Source of the DNA: Acidobacteriota bacterium
GTDB taxonomy: Bacteria > Acidobacteriota > UBA4820 > DSQY01
Reading direction: 5' to 3'
DNA: 64,000 bases
NCBI GenBank assembly: GCA_021787565.1
Contig: JAJYLT010000004.1
Location: forward strand, 52,295 to 116,294
A model generated the notes under the pieces. The model worked only from the letters and a program-made list of their open reading frames with translations, had not been told where the DNA came from and made no database searches. The position numbers and the translations under genes were made by a program. Of the stretch, positions 16,973 through 26,875 are shown piece after piece. Position 1 is the first letter of the stretch; each line of letters begins with the position of its first letter.

Positions 16973-18364
16973 TCACGGCAGCGGCAGCGCCGCGTGGATG
17001 AGCTTGTAGTCGCCCTTGCGGGCGGCGGGGACGACGGCCCAGCCGTCGTTGAGGGTGAGGGTCCAGCCGTCGCCCTTGAGGGGGCGGGCGTTGACATCCT
17101 TGGGGGCGGGGACGCGGACGCCGTTGACAAAGCCCTCCTTCTGGAGGAGCAGGGCGCCGTGCCTGGCTTCGAGGATGCCCCAGGCGGCGGAGACGCGCAG
17201 GTAGGGGTAGACGGTGCCGAGCCCCTCCAGGGGGACGGGGTTGGTGGGGTCGAAGGAGTAGGTGAAGTAGGAGGCGGGCGGCAGGGTGAGGACGGGGCCC
17301 TCCACGAAGCGCGCGTGCAGATCCTTCACCTCCTGGATCTTCTCCTTGGCGCGCTTGTCCTCCTCGGCCGCGAGCCGGGCGCCGCCGTAGGCCTTGGCGC
17401 GGGCCTCGGCGACGGCCTTGAGGTCGGCGGGGAGGGTGATGCCGTCGGCCTGGGCGAGGAGCGCGGAGAGGTCGTCCTTCGGCGTGAGGGCGCGCTGCCA
17501 GCCGGGCTTGGCCTGGTCCAGCAGGAGCCCGTAGGCGGGGCCGGTGACGTAGGCGAAGCTGCGGATGAAGCTGGGGTAGGAGGGGGCGCCCTGGAGGCCG
17601 GCGGCGGCGTAGGCCTCGGCCTCGGCGCGGCTGCGGGCGCTCAGGGCGATGCCGACGTACTCGGGGATCCCCTCGTGCATCTCCAGGGCCTGCTCGCCGG
17701 CGGCCTCGCCCGGGAAGAGGGAGCGCCGGTAGGCGCGGAAGATCAGGGCGTCCTCCACGGCGCGGCGGCGCGACGGCTTGGGCCCCACGAGGGCGGCCTG
17801 GAGGGCGCGCCACTCGAGCTGGAGCCAGAGGCGCCCGTCGCGGGTGTCGAGCGGGGCGCAGGCGGTGTCCGGCCCGCTCAGGCCGAGCTTCTCCTGGATG
17901 CGGTGGAAGGACTCGTGCATGAGCAGCACGTCGCGCTGGAGGCGGTTCTCGGGCAGCGGCCAGCGGACCATGGTCCACTCCACGCCGGCCCAGCGCATGG
18001 CCGTGTTGGCGATGTTCTCCTCCGCGGGCAGGGTGCCCACGAAGACGCTCCCCTCGGCTTTCAGGAGGTTCTTGTAGTCGGGGCGGTTGGCCACCACCTG
18101 GCGCGTCGCCTCGTCCACGAAGAGCATGGAGCCGTAGAGGGGGGTGCCCCACATGCGCCCGCCGTCGGCGTCCGAGAGGGCCTTGGCCTCCTGGAAGCAC
18201 TTCGCCGCCAGGGTGAGATCGATGCCCCCGGCCGGCTTGGCGGGCTCAGCCGCCATCGCCGCCGCCGAAGCCGCCGCCAGCACCAGGGCCAGCCCGAGGA
18301 GCCGGCCGCTCCAACCGCGGAGCCCGGATGGCCTCCCACCGCCGTTCATCGCATACGATTTCAT
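16973..18364 (-). CDS. secreted protein with HExxH motif (putative zinc metallopeptidase, family not recognised)
   Basis: 463-aa ORF with signal peptide LLGLALVLAAASAAAMA. It has MHESFHRIQ (HExxH) and a downstream EMHEGIPEY that could supply a third ligand. Confidence 0.55.
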   Translation of the reverse strand: MKSYAMNGGGRPSGLRGWSGRLLGLALVLAAASAAAMAAEPAKPAGGIDLTLAAKCFQEAKALSDADGGRMWGTPLYGSMLFVDEATRQVVANRPDYKNLLKAEGSVFVGTLPAEENIANTAMRWAGVEWTMVRWPLPENRLQRDVLLMHESFHRIQEKLGLSGPDTACAPLDTRDGRLWLQLEWRALQAALVGPKPSRRRAVEDALIFRAYRRSLFPGEAAGEQALEMHEGIPEYVGIALSARSRAEAEAYAAAGLQGAPSYPSFIRSFAYVTGPAYGLLLDQAKPGWQRALTPKDDLSALLAQADGITLPADLKAVAEARAKAYGGARLAAEEDKRAKEKIQEVKDLHARFVEGPVLTLPPASYFTYSFDPTNPVPLEGLGTVYPYLRVSAAWGILEARHGALLLQKEGFVNGVRVPAPKDVNARPLKGDGWTLTLNDGWAVVPAARKGDYKLIHAALPLP

Positions 18365-18454
18365 GGTGAGCCTCCCGCGGGCCGTGGCCCCGCCGCCCCG
18401 GGCCGCCCGCCGATCGAGGCATCATCGTACCACGCGGGGGGAGGGGGGGAAGGC

Positions 18455-19000
18455 GTGATGAGGTGATTAGGTGATTAGGTGATGAGGTGATGAGGGTGAG
18501 GGGAGGCCTTCGGGGGCGAGATGAGGGGATGAGGGGATGAGGGGATGAGGTGATGAGCGATTGAGCGATTAAGCGATTAAGGAAATAGCGCGGGGGAAGG
18601 CCTTCGAAGCAGGACGGCCGGAATCGCTTTGGCCGTCATTCCGGGACCTGGTTGCGCTTCGCTGGCCGGGATTTCAGCTTGTCGGGAATCCTCCTCCGTC
18701 ACCGCCCCAGATTCTGGACTCGCTCCGCTCGCCAGAATGACCGCAAAGGAGGGGCCGTCATTCCAGGTCCTGGTCGCGCTGCGCTTGCCAGGATTTCAGC
18801 TTGTCCGGAATCGGATTCTGGACTCGCTCCGCTCGCCAGAATGACCGCAAAGGGGGCCGCGCTCCGCCCAGTCCCCTCCCTGCCTTTCGCTCAATCGCCT
18901 TTCGCTTAATCGCGTCTCGCTTAATCGCTTCATCGCCTTTCGCTCAATCGCGTCTGTCCTCTAGCGTCCTCTCGTCTCCCATCTCTCGTCTCGCCTCCCA
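18455..19000. repeat. ~550-bp composite intergenic palindrome built from 8-nt tandem repeats with two central ~105-bp direct repeats
   Basis: The left arm is (GTGATKAG)n, (GATGAGGG)n and (GCGATTRA)n. The right arm carries the reverse complements (CGCTCAATCGC, CGCTTAATCGC, CTCGTCTCCCATCTC). The centre holds two copies of GTCATTCCRGG...GATTCTGGACTCGCTCCGCTCGCCAGAATGACCGCAAAGG. Confidence 0.8.
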
Positions 19001-19089
19001 CTGCTCGCTCTTCGCCGTTTTCCCCGAGGAGGGGACGCCACGACATCGGCGCCCCCTCCCCGGGGTTGGGTGCTTCGCTCTCCCCGCGC

Positions 19090-21777
19090 CTACTTCGGCT
19101 CGGGTCCCTGGGTCACGCGGACCAGGTCGTCGGGGCGCAGCCACTTGGCGTAGGCGGCCTGGATCTGGGGCGCCGTGAGGGCGAGGTATTTGTGGGCCGC
19201 GAGGGTCGGCTCGTCGAGGGGCAGGTCGTGGGTGGAGCGGTAGATGAGCCCGTGGGCGATGCTGCCCACGCTCGACTCGGAGAGCGGGATCTCGCGCAGC
19301 ACCAGCGCCTTGGCCTTCCGCAGTTCCTCGGGGGTGACGGGCGCCGTGGACATGGACTTCAGCTCGCGCACGACCATGGTCTGCGCCTTGCTCACGTTGG
19401 GCGGGTCGCAGCCGTAGCGCACCACGTAGAGGGAGCGCTTCTGGCCCACGTCGAAGGTGGAGGAGACGTAGTAGACGAGCCCGCCCTTCTCGCGCAGGTC
19501 GCGGTAGAGGCGCGTGGCGTAGAAGGCGCCGCCGAGCACGTGGTTGCCGAGCTCGAGGGCGTAGTAGTCGGGATTGGAGCGGTTCAGGCCGAGGGTCTCG
19601 GCGAGGGTGACGCTGTCCTGCACGCGGCTGCTGTCGGGCACCACCGTGGAGGAGGGCTTGTTGGCCGGGACGGCCGGAAGCACTGTCTCGGGCTTGGGCC
19701 CTTCGGCCTTCCACCCGCCGAAGTACTTCTCGACGGCGGCCTTGGCCTGCTCCGGGGTGACCTTGCCCATCACCACGATGGTCGTGAGGTCGGGCCGGAA
19801 GACCTTGGCGTAGTAGGCCTTCACGTCCTGCAGGGTGAGGGCGGAGACGGTCTGGGGCGTGGCCTCCCTGAGGCTCGGGTCCTCCTTGGGGAAGAGGGCC
19901 GCGTCGAGGGCCCGGCCCGAGAGGTAGAAGGGGCTTTGCAGGAGGCCCGCCACGGAGCGGGCGGTCTGCATCTGCATGATCTTGAAGGCCTGCTCGGGCA
20001 GGGCGGGGTTCAGCTCGTTGTCGGCCAGGAGCTGGACGGCGCGGTCGAAGTGGTCCGCCAGGGCCTCCACGGAGAAGCTGGTGCCCGCGGACTCCTTGGC
20101 GCCGATGTCGTCGAGGGCCTTCTGGAAGGCGAGGCGGTCCAGGGTCGTGGTGCCGAAGGAGAAGAGCTGGTCCAGGACCTGGTTCACCCCCTCCTGGCCC
20201 TTGGGCGTCTCCAGGTCGGACTGATTCTTGATCTGACCGAAGACGGTGACGGTGTCGCTGATGGACTCGGGCTGCACGATGAGCGTCAGGCCGTTGGGGA
20301 GGGTCGTCACCACCGGGTTTACCACGGAGGCCGGGACGGAGAGCCGGCCCAGCGCCTTCTCAGCCCAGGGCGGGAGCTTCACGGCCTTGGGGTTCTTCGG
20401 GGCGAAGGACTCCTTGCCGCCGAATCCCTTGGAGGAGAGCGGCTTGCCCGAGGGCTGGGGGGTGAGGATCGCCACGATGGCGTGATCCTGGTCCAGGACC
20501 TGCTTGGCCACCCGGTCCACGTCCGCCACCGTCACCTTCTCCATGGCCCGCACGTCGTCGTCGGGGGACTGGCGCCCCTCCACGGCGAGGGCCTGGGACC
20601 AGGCCTCGGCGAGGCCCGAGACGGAGTTCTTCTGAAGCTCGGAATCGGCCAGCTCCTGCCGCTTGGCCGCCTCCACCAGGTCGGCCGGCAGGCCCTTCTG
20701 CACCGCCTCGGCCAGGATCCCCTTCATCTCCTTCACGAGACCGGCCGCGTCGGCGCCCTTGGGGAAGACGGCCATGGTGAAGCCGATCCCGGCCTTCGGC
20801 AGCGCGCTCATTTGGAAGCCGGCGTAGAGGGCCTTGCCCTGCGGCACGAGGCCGTAGAGGTTCCAGCGCTGGCTGCTCAGGACGTCGCTCAGCACCTGCG
20901 CCGCGGCGTAGTCGGGGCTGTCCGAGCCGGGCATCCTGAAGCTCACGATGGCGAGGCCGTAGGGAAGGTCGGTGGTGAGGTTCAGGGTCTCGGGCTTGAC
21001 GGGCTCCAACGTGACCGCCGGGTGCGCCGCGATCTTCTTGGAGGGGATGGAGCCGAAGAGCTTCTCCACCTCCTTCAGCGTCGCCTGCGGGTCCACATTG
21101 CCCACGATGACGAAGATGGCGTTGTTGGGCGCGTACCAGGAGTCATAGAACTGGTGCAGCATGGCGCCCGTGGTCTTGTTGAAGGAGGGCCGCGTACCCA
21201 GGGCGTCGTGGGCGTAGGGCGTGCCCTTGAACATGGCCGCCAGCAGCTTGGTGTAGAAGACGTACTGCGGGTTGGAGAGGTCTTGGGCCACCTCCTGCTC
21301 GATGGCCCCGCGCTCCTCACCCCACAGCTTGTCGGTGTCGAGGACGCCGCTCATGCGGTCCGCCTCGATGTGCAGGGCCAGGTCCAGGTCCTCGGCGGGG
21401 ACGGTGAAGAAGTACTGCGTAACCGTCTGCTGGGTGTCCGCGTCGAAGTCGCCCCCCATGGCGGCGGTGATGTCGGCGAGCTGGTCGGCCGAGAGCGCCG
21501 GGCTGCCGCGGAACATCATGTGCTCCTGCGCGTGGGCCATGCCGGGGAAGCCCTCAGGCGCCTCGTTGGAGCCCACGAGGTAGTTGATCTCGGTGGTCAC
21601 CACCGGGGCCAGCTTGTTCTGGACGATCACGACGCGCAGGCCGTTCTTCAGGGTGGCCCGCAGGACGCCCGGCTTCTGGGCCGTCTGGCCGGCCGCCATG
21701 ACCCGCGGCGCCCCGATCACGCCCACAAACAGCAGGGCCATGGCTCCCCACCTTCCCAGCTTCTGGAGCCTCCTCAT
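19090..21777 (-). CDS. M16 (pitrilysin/insulinase) family zinc peptidase, double-length (two M16 units), secreted
   Basis: Inverted zinc motif HAQEH in GMAHAQEHMMFRGS. The signal peptide MRRLQKLGRWGAMALLFVGVIGAPRVMA starts at the ATG at 21777; the track ORF starts 42 codons earlier. Confidence 0.85.
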   Translation of the reverse strand: MRRLQKLGRWGAMALLFVGVIGAPRVMAAGQTAQKPGVLRATLKNGLRVVIVQNKLAPVVTTEINYLVGSNEAPEGFPGMAHAQEHMMFRGSPALSADQLADITAAMGGDFDADTQQTVTQYFFTVPAEDLDLALHIEADRMSGVLDTDKLWGEERGAIEQEVAQDLSNPQYVFYTKLLAAMFKGTPYAHDALGTRPSFNKTTGAMLHQFYDSWYAPNNAIFVIVGNVDPQATLKEVEKLFGSIPSKKIAAHPAVTLEPVKPETLNLTTDLPYGLAIVSFRMPGSDSPDYAAAQVLSDVLSSQRWNLYGLVPQGKALYAGFQMSALPKAGIGFTMAVFPKGADAAGLVKEMKGILAEAVQKGLPADLVEAAKRQELADSELQKNSVSGLAEAWSQALAVEGRQSPDDDVRAMEKVTVADVDRVAKQVLDQDHAIVAILTPQPSGKPLSSKGFGGKESFAPKNPKAVKLPPWAEKALGRLSVPASVVNPVVTTLPNGLTLIVQPESISDTVTVFGQIKNQSDLETPKGQEGVNQVLDQLFSFGTTTLDRLAFQKALDDIGAKESAGTSFSVEALADHFDRAVQLLADNELNPALPEQAFKIMQMQTARSVAGLLQSPFYLSGRALDAALFPKEDPSLREATPQTVSALTLQDVKAYYAKVFRPDLTTIVVMGKVTPEQAKAAVEKYFGGWKAEGPKPETVLPAVPANKPSSTVVPDSSRVQDSVTLAETLGLNRSNPDYYALELGNHVLGGAFYATRLYRDLREKGGLVYYVSSTFDVGQKRSLYVVRYGCDPPNVSKAQTMVVRELKSMSTAPVTPEELRKAKALVLREIPLSESSVGSIAHGLIYRSTHDLPLDEPTLAAHKYLALTAPQIQAAYAKWLRPDDLVRVTQGPEPK

Positions 21778-22169
21778 CGCCCACGAGGTCCGGAGGGCCT
21801 GCGAGAGCGCGGAGGATCTCCGATTCCCAATTGCATTCATCTGACAACTCCTCAGGAAAAGGGACATGCGGTCGCCCCACGGCGGGGGCAAGGACGACGA
21901 CAAAGCGAGACTTCGGGGGAACGGCGCAGGCCGCGGGGGTGGTGCCGAAGAGAGCTACACGGGGAGAGGAAGATCCGCATCACGCCTCATTCGCGGTTTC
22001 CCTCCCGGAACGACGCGCTGCCGGACGATGGACAGGGCTGCGGTGCCACCACCTGCTCCCCCCTGGACGGGCACTTGCCTGGAGCTTCGCCGGGGGGACC
22101 GTCTGGACCCGACCTTAGCTCGCCCGGCCGCTTCTGTCAACTGACGGGAGAGGCCCCTGTCGGGAGAGG

Positions 22170-22319
22170 CCCCAATTCCGCGGTGGAAGCGGAACCGCTT
22201 TGTAGGAGCGGCGCCTCGCCGCGATCCAGGGGAACCCGCTGAGACGATACGGTTCCAGTGAACGGCCCATCGCGCCGGGGCGGCGCTCCTACGGTGAAAA
22301 ATCAATCGCGGAATTTGGG
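22170..22319 (+). mobile_element. ~150-bp MITE-like element, variant subtype
   Basis: Terminal inverted repeats are CCCAATTCCGCG...CGCGGAATTTGGG and the internal inverted pair is GTAGGAGCGGCGCC...GGCGGCGCTCCTAC. Flanks are GGGAGAGG / GGGAGACG (7/8 direct repeat). Confidence 0.8.
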
Positions 22320-22439
22320 AGACGCGAAACGGGAGACTTCCTTCCCGAACCCCCACCTCTCTGCGTCTTGGTGCCTTTGTGGCGATTCCTTGTCCGGATT
22401 TCGCCTCTTCAGTTCCTGCGCCTTCGCAGGGAATCGCCT

Positions 22440-23972
22440 CTACCACGAGCTCTTGAGCTCGCCGATGGCGGCCTCCACGGCGTCGAGGACGGCACAGGCC
22501 CTGACGGCGTCCCGCATGGCGTTGTGGTCCTTGAAGAGGGGGCGGTCCTCCTCCAGGTGGGCGACGACCTTGCGCACGGCGGCGTGGGCCGCGCGGGTGC
22601 CCTCGCCCGGCTTGAACTCGCGGAAGTCGAGCCCCTGGGCCGCGGCGATGAACTCGATGGCCAGCACTCCGTTGGCGTTCTCCAGGATCTGGCGCGTCTT
22701 GAGGGCGGCGTTCATGCCCATGGAGACGAAGTCCTCCTGGTCCGCCGCCGCGGGGATGGACTGCACGTAGCTCGGGGCCGAGAGGATGCGCTGCTCCACG
22801 ATGAGCATGTCGGCGGTGTACTGGCTCAGCATGTGGCCCGAGAACATACCCGCGCCCTTCGTCAGAAAGGCCGGCAAGCCCACCGAAAGGGCCGGGTTCA
22901 GGAGGCGGTTCAGGCGGCGCTCGGAGAGGACCGAAACCATCGCCACGCCCGCGCCCACCACGTCCAGCGGCAGGCTCACGGGCGTGCCCTGGAAGTTGGC
23001 GCCGGTGTAGACCTTGTTCTCCTCCGCCACGAAGATGGGGTTGTCCGCCACGCCGTTGAGCTCGATCTCGATCTGCTTGCGGGCGTGGGCGAGCTGGTCG
23101 CGCAGGGCGCCCACGACCTGGGGCGTGGCGCGCATGGAGTAGGCGTCCTGCACCTTCACCTTGAGCTTGCCGGTGACGAGGTCGGAGCCCGCCGTCACGG
23201 CGCGCAGGTTGGCGGCGCAGGTGATCGCCCCGCGGAAGCCGCGCAGCTCGTGGAGCTTCGCCTCGTACGGCCTCATGTTGGCCAGCAGCGCCTCCAGGCT
23301 CATGGCCGCGGCGATCTCCGCCTGCTTGACCCAGCGTTCCGCGTCGTAAAGCTCCAGGCAGGCCATGCCGGTGATGAGGTTGGAGCCGTTGATGGCGGCC
23401 AGGCCGTCGCGCGCCTTCAGTCCGGGCACCGGGACGCCGGCCTGCTCCATGGCCTCTCGCGTGGGCATCCGCTTCCCTTGACAAAAGCACTCGCCCTCGC
23501 CCATCAGCGAGAGGGCGCACTGGCTCATGGGCGCGAGGTCGCCGCAGGCCCCCACGCTCCCCTTCTCGCAGACCACGGGAGTGATGCCCGCGTTCAGCAG
23601 GGCCGCATAGGTGAGCGGGATCTCCGGCCGGCAGCCCGAGAAGCCTTTGGCGTGGACGTTGATGCGGCTCAGCATGGCGGCCCGCACGTGCTCGACGGGC
23701 GCCGGCTCGCCGATGCCTGCGGCGTGGTTGTAGATGAGGTACTTCTGGAACTGCTGGACCTGGTCGTCGCTGAGGGCCACCTCCGAGAATTCGCCGATGC
23801 CGGTGTTCACGCCGTACATGGTCTCGTGGGCCTGGATCTTCTTTTCCAGCATGGCCCGGCAGGCCTTGATGCGCTCGATGGCCTCGGGGGCGAGCTCCAC
23901 CCGCTCGCCGTGCCGGGCCGCGCGCACCACCTCCTCTATGGTCAGGTGGCTTCCATCCACGCGGATCGTCAT
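22440..23972 (-). CDS. histidine ammonia-lyase-like MIO-family enzyme (HAL/PAL/aminomutase superfamily)
   Basis: 510 aa from the ATG at 23972 with RBS GGAAGGAGGGG. Motifs include YGVNTGIG and NHAAGIG. The MIO-forming region reads GSVGACGDLAPMS, so the triad is Ala-Cys-Gly rather than the canonical Ala-Ser-Gly. No hutU/hutI genes are nearby. Confidence 0.8.
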   Translation of the reverse strand: MTIRVDGSHLTIEEVVRAARHGERVELAPEAIERIKACRAMLEKKIQAHETMYGVNTGIGEFSEVALSDDQVQQFQKYLIYNHAAGIGEPAPVEHVRAAMLSRINVHAKGFSGCRPEIPLTYAALLNAGITPVVCEKGSVGACGDLAPMSQCALSLMGEGECFCQGKRMPTREAMEQAGVPVPGLKARDGLAAINGSNLITGMACLELYDAERWVKQAEIAAAMSLEALLANMRPYEAKLHELRGFRGAITCAANLRAVTAGSDLVTGKLKVKVQDAYSMRATPQVVGALRDQLAHARKQIEIELNGVADNPIFVAEENKVYTGANFQGTPVSLPLDVVGAGVAMVSVLSERRLNRLLNPALSVGLPAFLTKGAGMFSGHMLSQYTADMLIVEQRILSAPSYVQSIPAAADQEDFVSMGMNAALKTRQILENANGVLAIEFIAAAQGLDFREFKPGEGTRAAHAAVRKVVAHLEEDRPLFKDHNAMRDAVRACAVLDAVEAAIGELKSSW

Positions 23973-24294
23973 CGCGTCCCCTCCTTCCAAGGTGCGACGG
24001 GGGCAGGAACAGGGCCTCCCGAAGGGGGCCATCTTCTCGCAACCCGTGAAGGCGAGTCAAACGGGGGATTTCGAATGGCGAAGCGCGAAGAAATCACCAC
24101 GACGACACCAAGGCACAAAGGGATTGGGGATTGGGGATTTTAGAAAAGAACCGGCTTCCCCGCTGCGCTCCGAAGAATCGCGACCGGGAGGCCGCTCCCA
24201 CAACCATCGTGGGAGGCGCCTCCCGGCGGCGACCTCTTGCAGCGCCCGATTCCCATCGAACCTGACACTCGCCAGCCTGTAACCTTATCCTGCC

Positions 24295-25281
24295 CTACCG
24301 GTCGATGGCCTTCATGGCCTGCTCGTGGTAGCGAGGGCCGGCGGTGATGCCAGCGGGGACGGCCTCGTCGAGCTGGCGCACGTCGGCGGAGCTCAGGTGC
24401 ACGTCGAGCGCCGCGGCGTTCTCTTCGAGGTAGCGGCGGCGCTTGGTGCCGGGGATGGGGATGATCCCGTCCCCCTTGGCCAGAACCCAGGCCAGGGCGA
24501 GTTGGGACGGCGTGCAGCCCTTCGACTTGGCCATGGCCTCCACCTTCTCCACGAGCCGCAGGTTCGCCTGGAAGTTCTCCCCCTGGAAGCGCGGGTGGTG
24601 GCGGCGGTAGTCGTCCTCGGGCAGGTCCTCGGGCTTGCGGAAACGTCCGGACAGAAAGCCGCGCCCCAGCGGGCTGTAGGCCACGAAGGCGACGCCCAAC
24701 TCCCGGCACGCGGGCAGGATCTCGGGCTCGGGGTCTCGCGTCCAGAGGGAGTACTCCGTCTGGAGGGCCGAGATGGGGTGGACGGCGCAGGCCCGGCGGA
24801 GGGTCTTGGGCGAGGCCTCCGACAGGCCGAGGTGGCGCACCTTGCCCTCTTCGACGAGCCGGGACATGGCCCCCACGGTCTCCTCGATGGGGACCTGCTG
24901 GTCCACGCGGTGCTGGTAGTAGAGGTCGATCGTGTCCGCGCCGAGGCGCTTCAGGCTCGCCTCGCAGCAAGCCTTCACGTACTCGGGACGGCCGTTCACG
25001 CCGAGGAATTCGCCCTTGGCGCCTCGGACGTTTCCGAACTTGGTCGCCAGGAAGACCTGGCCGCGCCTCCCGGCGATGGCCTGGCCCACGAGCTTCTCGT
25101 TCTCGCCCACGCCGTACATGTCCGCCGTGTCGAGGAAGGTGATGCCCAGATCCAGCGCGCGGTGGATCGTGGCGATGGACTCCGCGTCGTCCCGGCCTGA
25201 GTAGAACTCCGACATGCCCATGCAGCCGAGGCCCTCGGCGGAGACCTCGGGTCCGTTCTTGCCCAATCTTCGCATCTGCAT
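24295..25281 (-). CDS. aldo/keto reductase family oxidoreductase
   Basis: [24 protein letters not shown]...[15 protein letters not shown]...[13 protein letters not shown] is a typical AKR (Tas/YghZ-like) pattern. 328 aa. Confidence 0.85.
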   Translation of the reverse strand: MQMRRLGKNGPEVSAEGLGCMGMSEFYSGRDDAESIATIHRALDLGITFLDTADMYGVGENEKLVGQAIAGRRGQVFLATKFGNVRGAKGEFLGVNGRPEYVKACCEASLKRLGADTIDLYYQHRVDQQVPIEETVGAMSRLVEEGKVRHLGLSEASPKTLRRACAVHPISALQTEYSLWTRDPEPEILPACRELGVAFVAYSPLGRGFLSGRFRKPEDLPEDDYRRHHPRFQGENFQANLRLVEKVEAMAKSKGCTPSQLALAWVLAKGDGIIPIPGTKRRRYLEENAAALDVHLSSADVRQLDEAVPAGITAGPRYHEQAMKAIDR

Positions 25282-25327
25282 CGCACTCTCCTTTTCAGGA
25301 TCCTTTCAACGCGCGACCGACGGGCCT

Positions 25328-25879
25328 TCATCCCGCCTTGAAGGCCATCCAGAGGACCCGGACGTAGAGGAGCGCCAGGAAGGCCCCGCTCATGCCGAGC
25401 TTCGTGGCCAGCCCCAGGGCCCGGCCGATGCCCGCCCCGATCCCCGCCTTCAGGGCTTTGCCGGCGTGGCGCTGGCGCACCGCCTCCACGATCAGGGCGC
25501 CCGCGAAGGCGCCCAGGATGGTGCCTGGGATGGCGCCCAGACCCCACCCGAAGGCGGCCCCCAGCACGGCGCCGGCGATGGAGCCGCCCAGCGCCGCCCA
25601 CCCGGCGGCGCGCGAGCCGCCAAAGCCCTTGGCGCCGAAGTAGCCCATCCCCCATTCCACCGCCTCCCCGATCAGGGCGATCGCGACGCCCACGAGCAAG
25701 ACCCAGGCGCTCATCGCCTTGAAGCCCTCCAGCAGCCCGTAGAGCAGGGCGAGCAGGATCATGATCCAGGTGCCGGGCACCTGGAAGACGATCAGCGCCC
25801 ACGCCACGGTGGCCAGCACGAGGAAGAGCGCCGGCGCGACCACGACCAGGAGGATGTGCACGAAGCTCTCCATCGTCAC
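25328..25879 (-). CDS. DUF456-like membrane protein
   Basis: 183 aa with Gly/Ala-rich TM helices (GTWIMILLALLYGLL, GAVLGAAFGWGLGAIPGTILGAFAGALIVE). Confidence 0.55.
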   Translation of the reverse strand: MTMESFVHILLVVVAPALFLVLATVAWALIVFQVPGTWIMILLALLYGLLEGFKAMSAWVLLVGVAIALIGEAVEWGMGYFGAKGFGGSRAAGWAALGGSIAGAVLGAAFGWGLGAIPGTILGAFAGALIVEAVRQRHAGKALKAGIGAGIGRALGLATKLGMSGAFLALLYVRVLWMAFKAG

Positions 25880-25915
25880 CTCGGAGGAATGGCCCCGCCG
25901 GCGGCGGGGAGGGGG

Positions 25916-26551
25916 TTAAAGACCGGGCCCTGCGAGGAGGGCGACGCCGCGCTCCAGCAGGGCGGTGCGGACCTTCTCGTCCGAGGCCGGGTCGACGGGC
26001 CTCGTGAGGTCCCAGAGAACGCTCACGCCGAAGCCCACTTCGGCGGCGTCCTCCGCGCTCCACAGCACGCAGTAATCGCGCGCCAGCCCGCAGAGGAAAA
26101 TCTCCGTTACACCGCGCTCCCGCAGATAGCCCCCCAGGCCCGTGGGAGGTCTCGTTCCGCCGGGTCCCCAGTTGTTGCGAAAGCCGCTGTAGGAGTCCAC
26201 CGCCGGATCGGTACCCTTGCGGATCACCGCAGACGCTTTCTCCCAGGGCATCCCGGCCAGCAATTGGGCCCCGGGCGTTCCCTGCACGCAGTGGTCGGGC
26301 CAGAGCACCTGTTCCCGGCCGTAGAGCTCGATCACATCGAAGGGGCGGCGGCCCGGGTGAAAGGAGGCGAAGGAGACGTGGCCGGGCGGATGCCAGTCCT
26401 GCGTCGCCACGCAGAGCCCGAAGCGGCCCGAGGCCATGAGCCGGGCGATGGGAGCCACCACCTCGTCGCCCCGCTCGATCCCGAGAGGCCCGCCGGGGAG
26501 GAAGTCGGGCTGGATGTCCACCACCAGAAGGGCGCTTCGTCTCCCGTCCAC
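25916..26551 (-). CDS. pncA: nicotinamidase/pyrazinamidase (isochorismatase family)
   Basis: LLVVDIQPDFLPGG, ATQDWHPPGHVSF and FLCGLARDYCV (catalytic Cys context). 211 aa. Confidence 0.8.
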   Translation of the reverse strand: MDGRRSALLVVDIQPDFLPGGPLGIERGDEVVAPIARLMASGRFGLCVATQDWHPPGHVSFASFHPGRRPFDVIELYGREQVLWPDHCVQGTPGAQLLAGMPWEKASAVIRKGTDPAVDSYSGFRNNWGPGGTRPPTGLGGYLRERGVTEIFLCGLARDYCVLWSAEDAAEVGFGVSVLWDLTRPVDPASDEKVRTALLERGVALLAGPGL

Positions 26552-26667
26552 CAGAGCCTCCCTGCGATCGCCTCATTCCCGTCCTGCCCCTAGCTTACCC
26601 CAGAGGCCGCGCATGTAAAGGGGGCGGCCGACCGGAGGCCCCGACCAAGGCCCGGGGAGCCGGGGCT

Positions 26668-26818
26668 CCCCAATTCCGCGATAGCGGCTCAACGCCTGCG
26701 TAGGAGCGGCGCCTCGCCGCGAACCGGGTGACCCTGGGACCAGGATGCGGTGCCCGCGTACGGTCCGTCGCGCCGGGGGCGGCGCTCCTACGAGTGCAAT
26801 TCCATCGCGGAATTTGGG
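26668..26818 (+). mobile_element. ~150-bp MITE-like element, main subtype
   Basis: Has the same TIRs and internal inverted pair as the other copies. It differs from the 27743 copy at one position that I could see. It is flanked by GGGGCTCC on both sides, an 8-bp target-site duplication. Confidence 0.85.
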
Positions 26819-26875
26819 GGGGCTCCGGCCCATTGCCGATGACGTGTCAACTTGCTAGACTGTCAAGGAGAACCG

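Noticed and set aside
16944-18466. ORFs 16944..18200 (-) and 16994..18466 (+) overlapping the HExxH protein gene
   Set aside because: They are alternative-frame and antisense shadows of 16973..18364. The composition is Arg/Gly/Pro-dominated, whereas the chosen frame has a signal peptide and balanced composition.
19066-24143. Very long antisense or out-of-frame ORFs 19066..22242 (+, 1058 aa), 21955..24060 (-, 701 aa) and 22368..24143 (+, 591 aa)
   Set aside because: They run antisense or out of frame to the clearly recognisable M16 peptidase and HAL-like genes, and straight through a MITE and non-coding spacers. They have no motifs and a Gly/Arg/Leu/Val-rich shadow composition.
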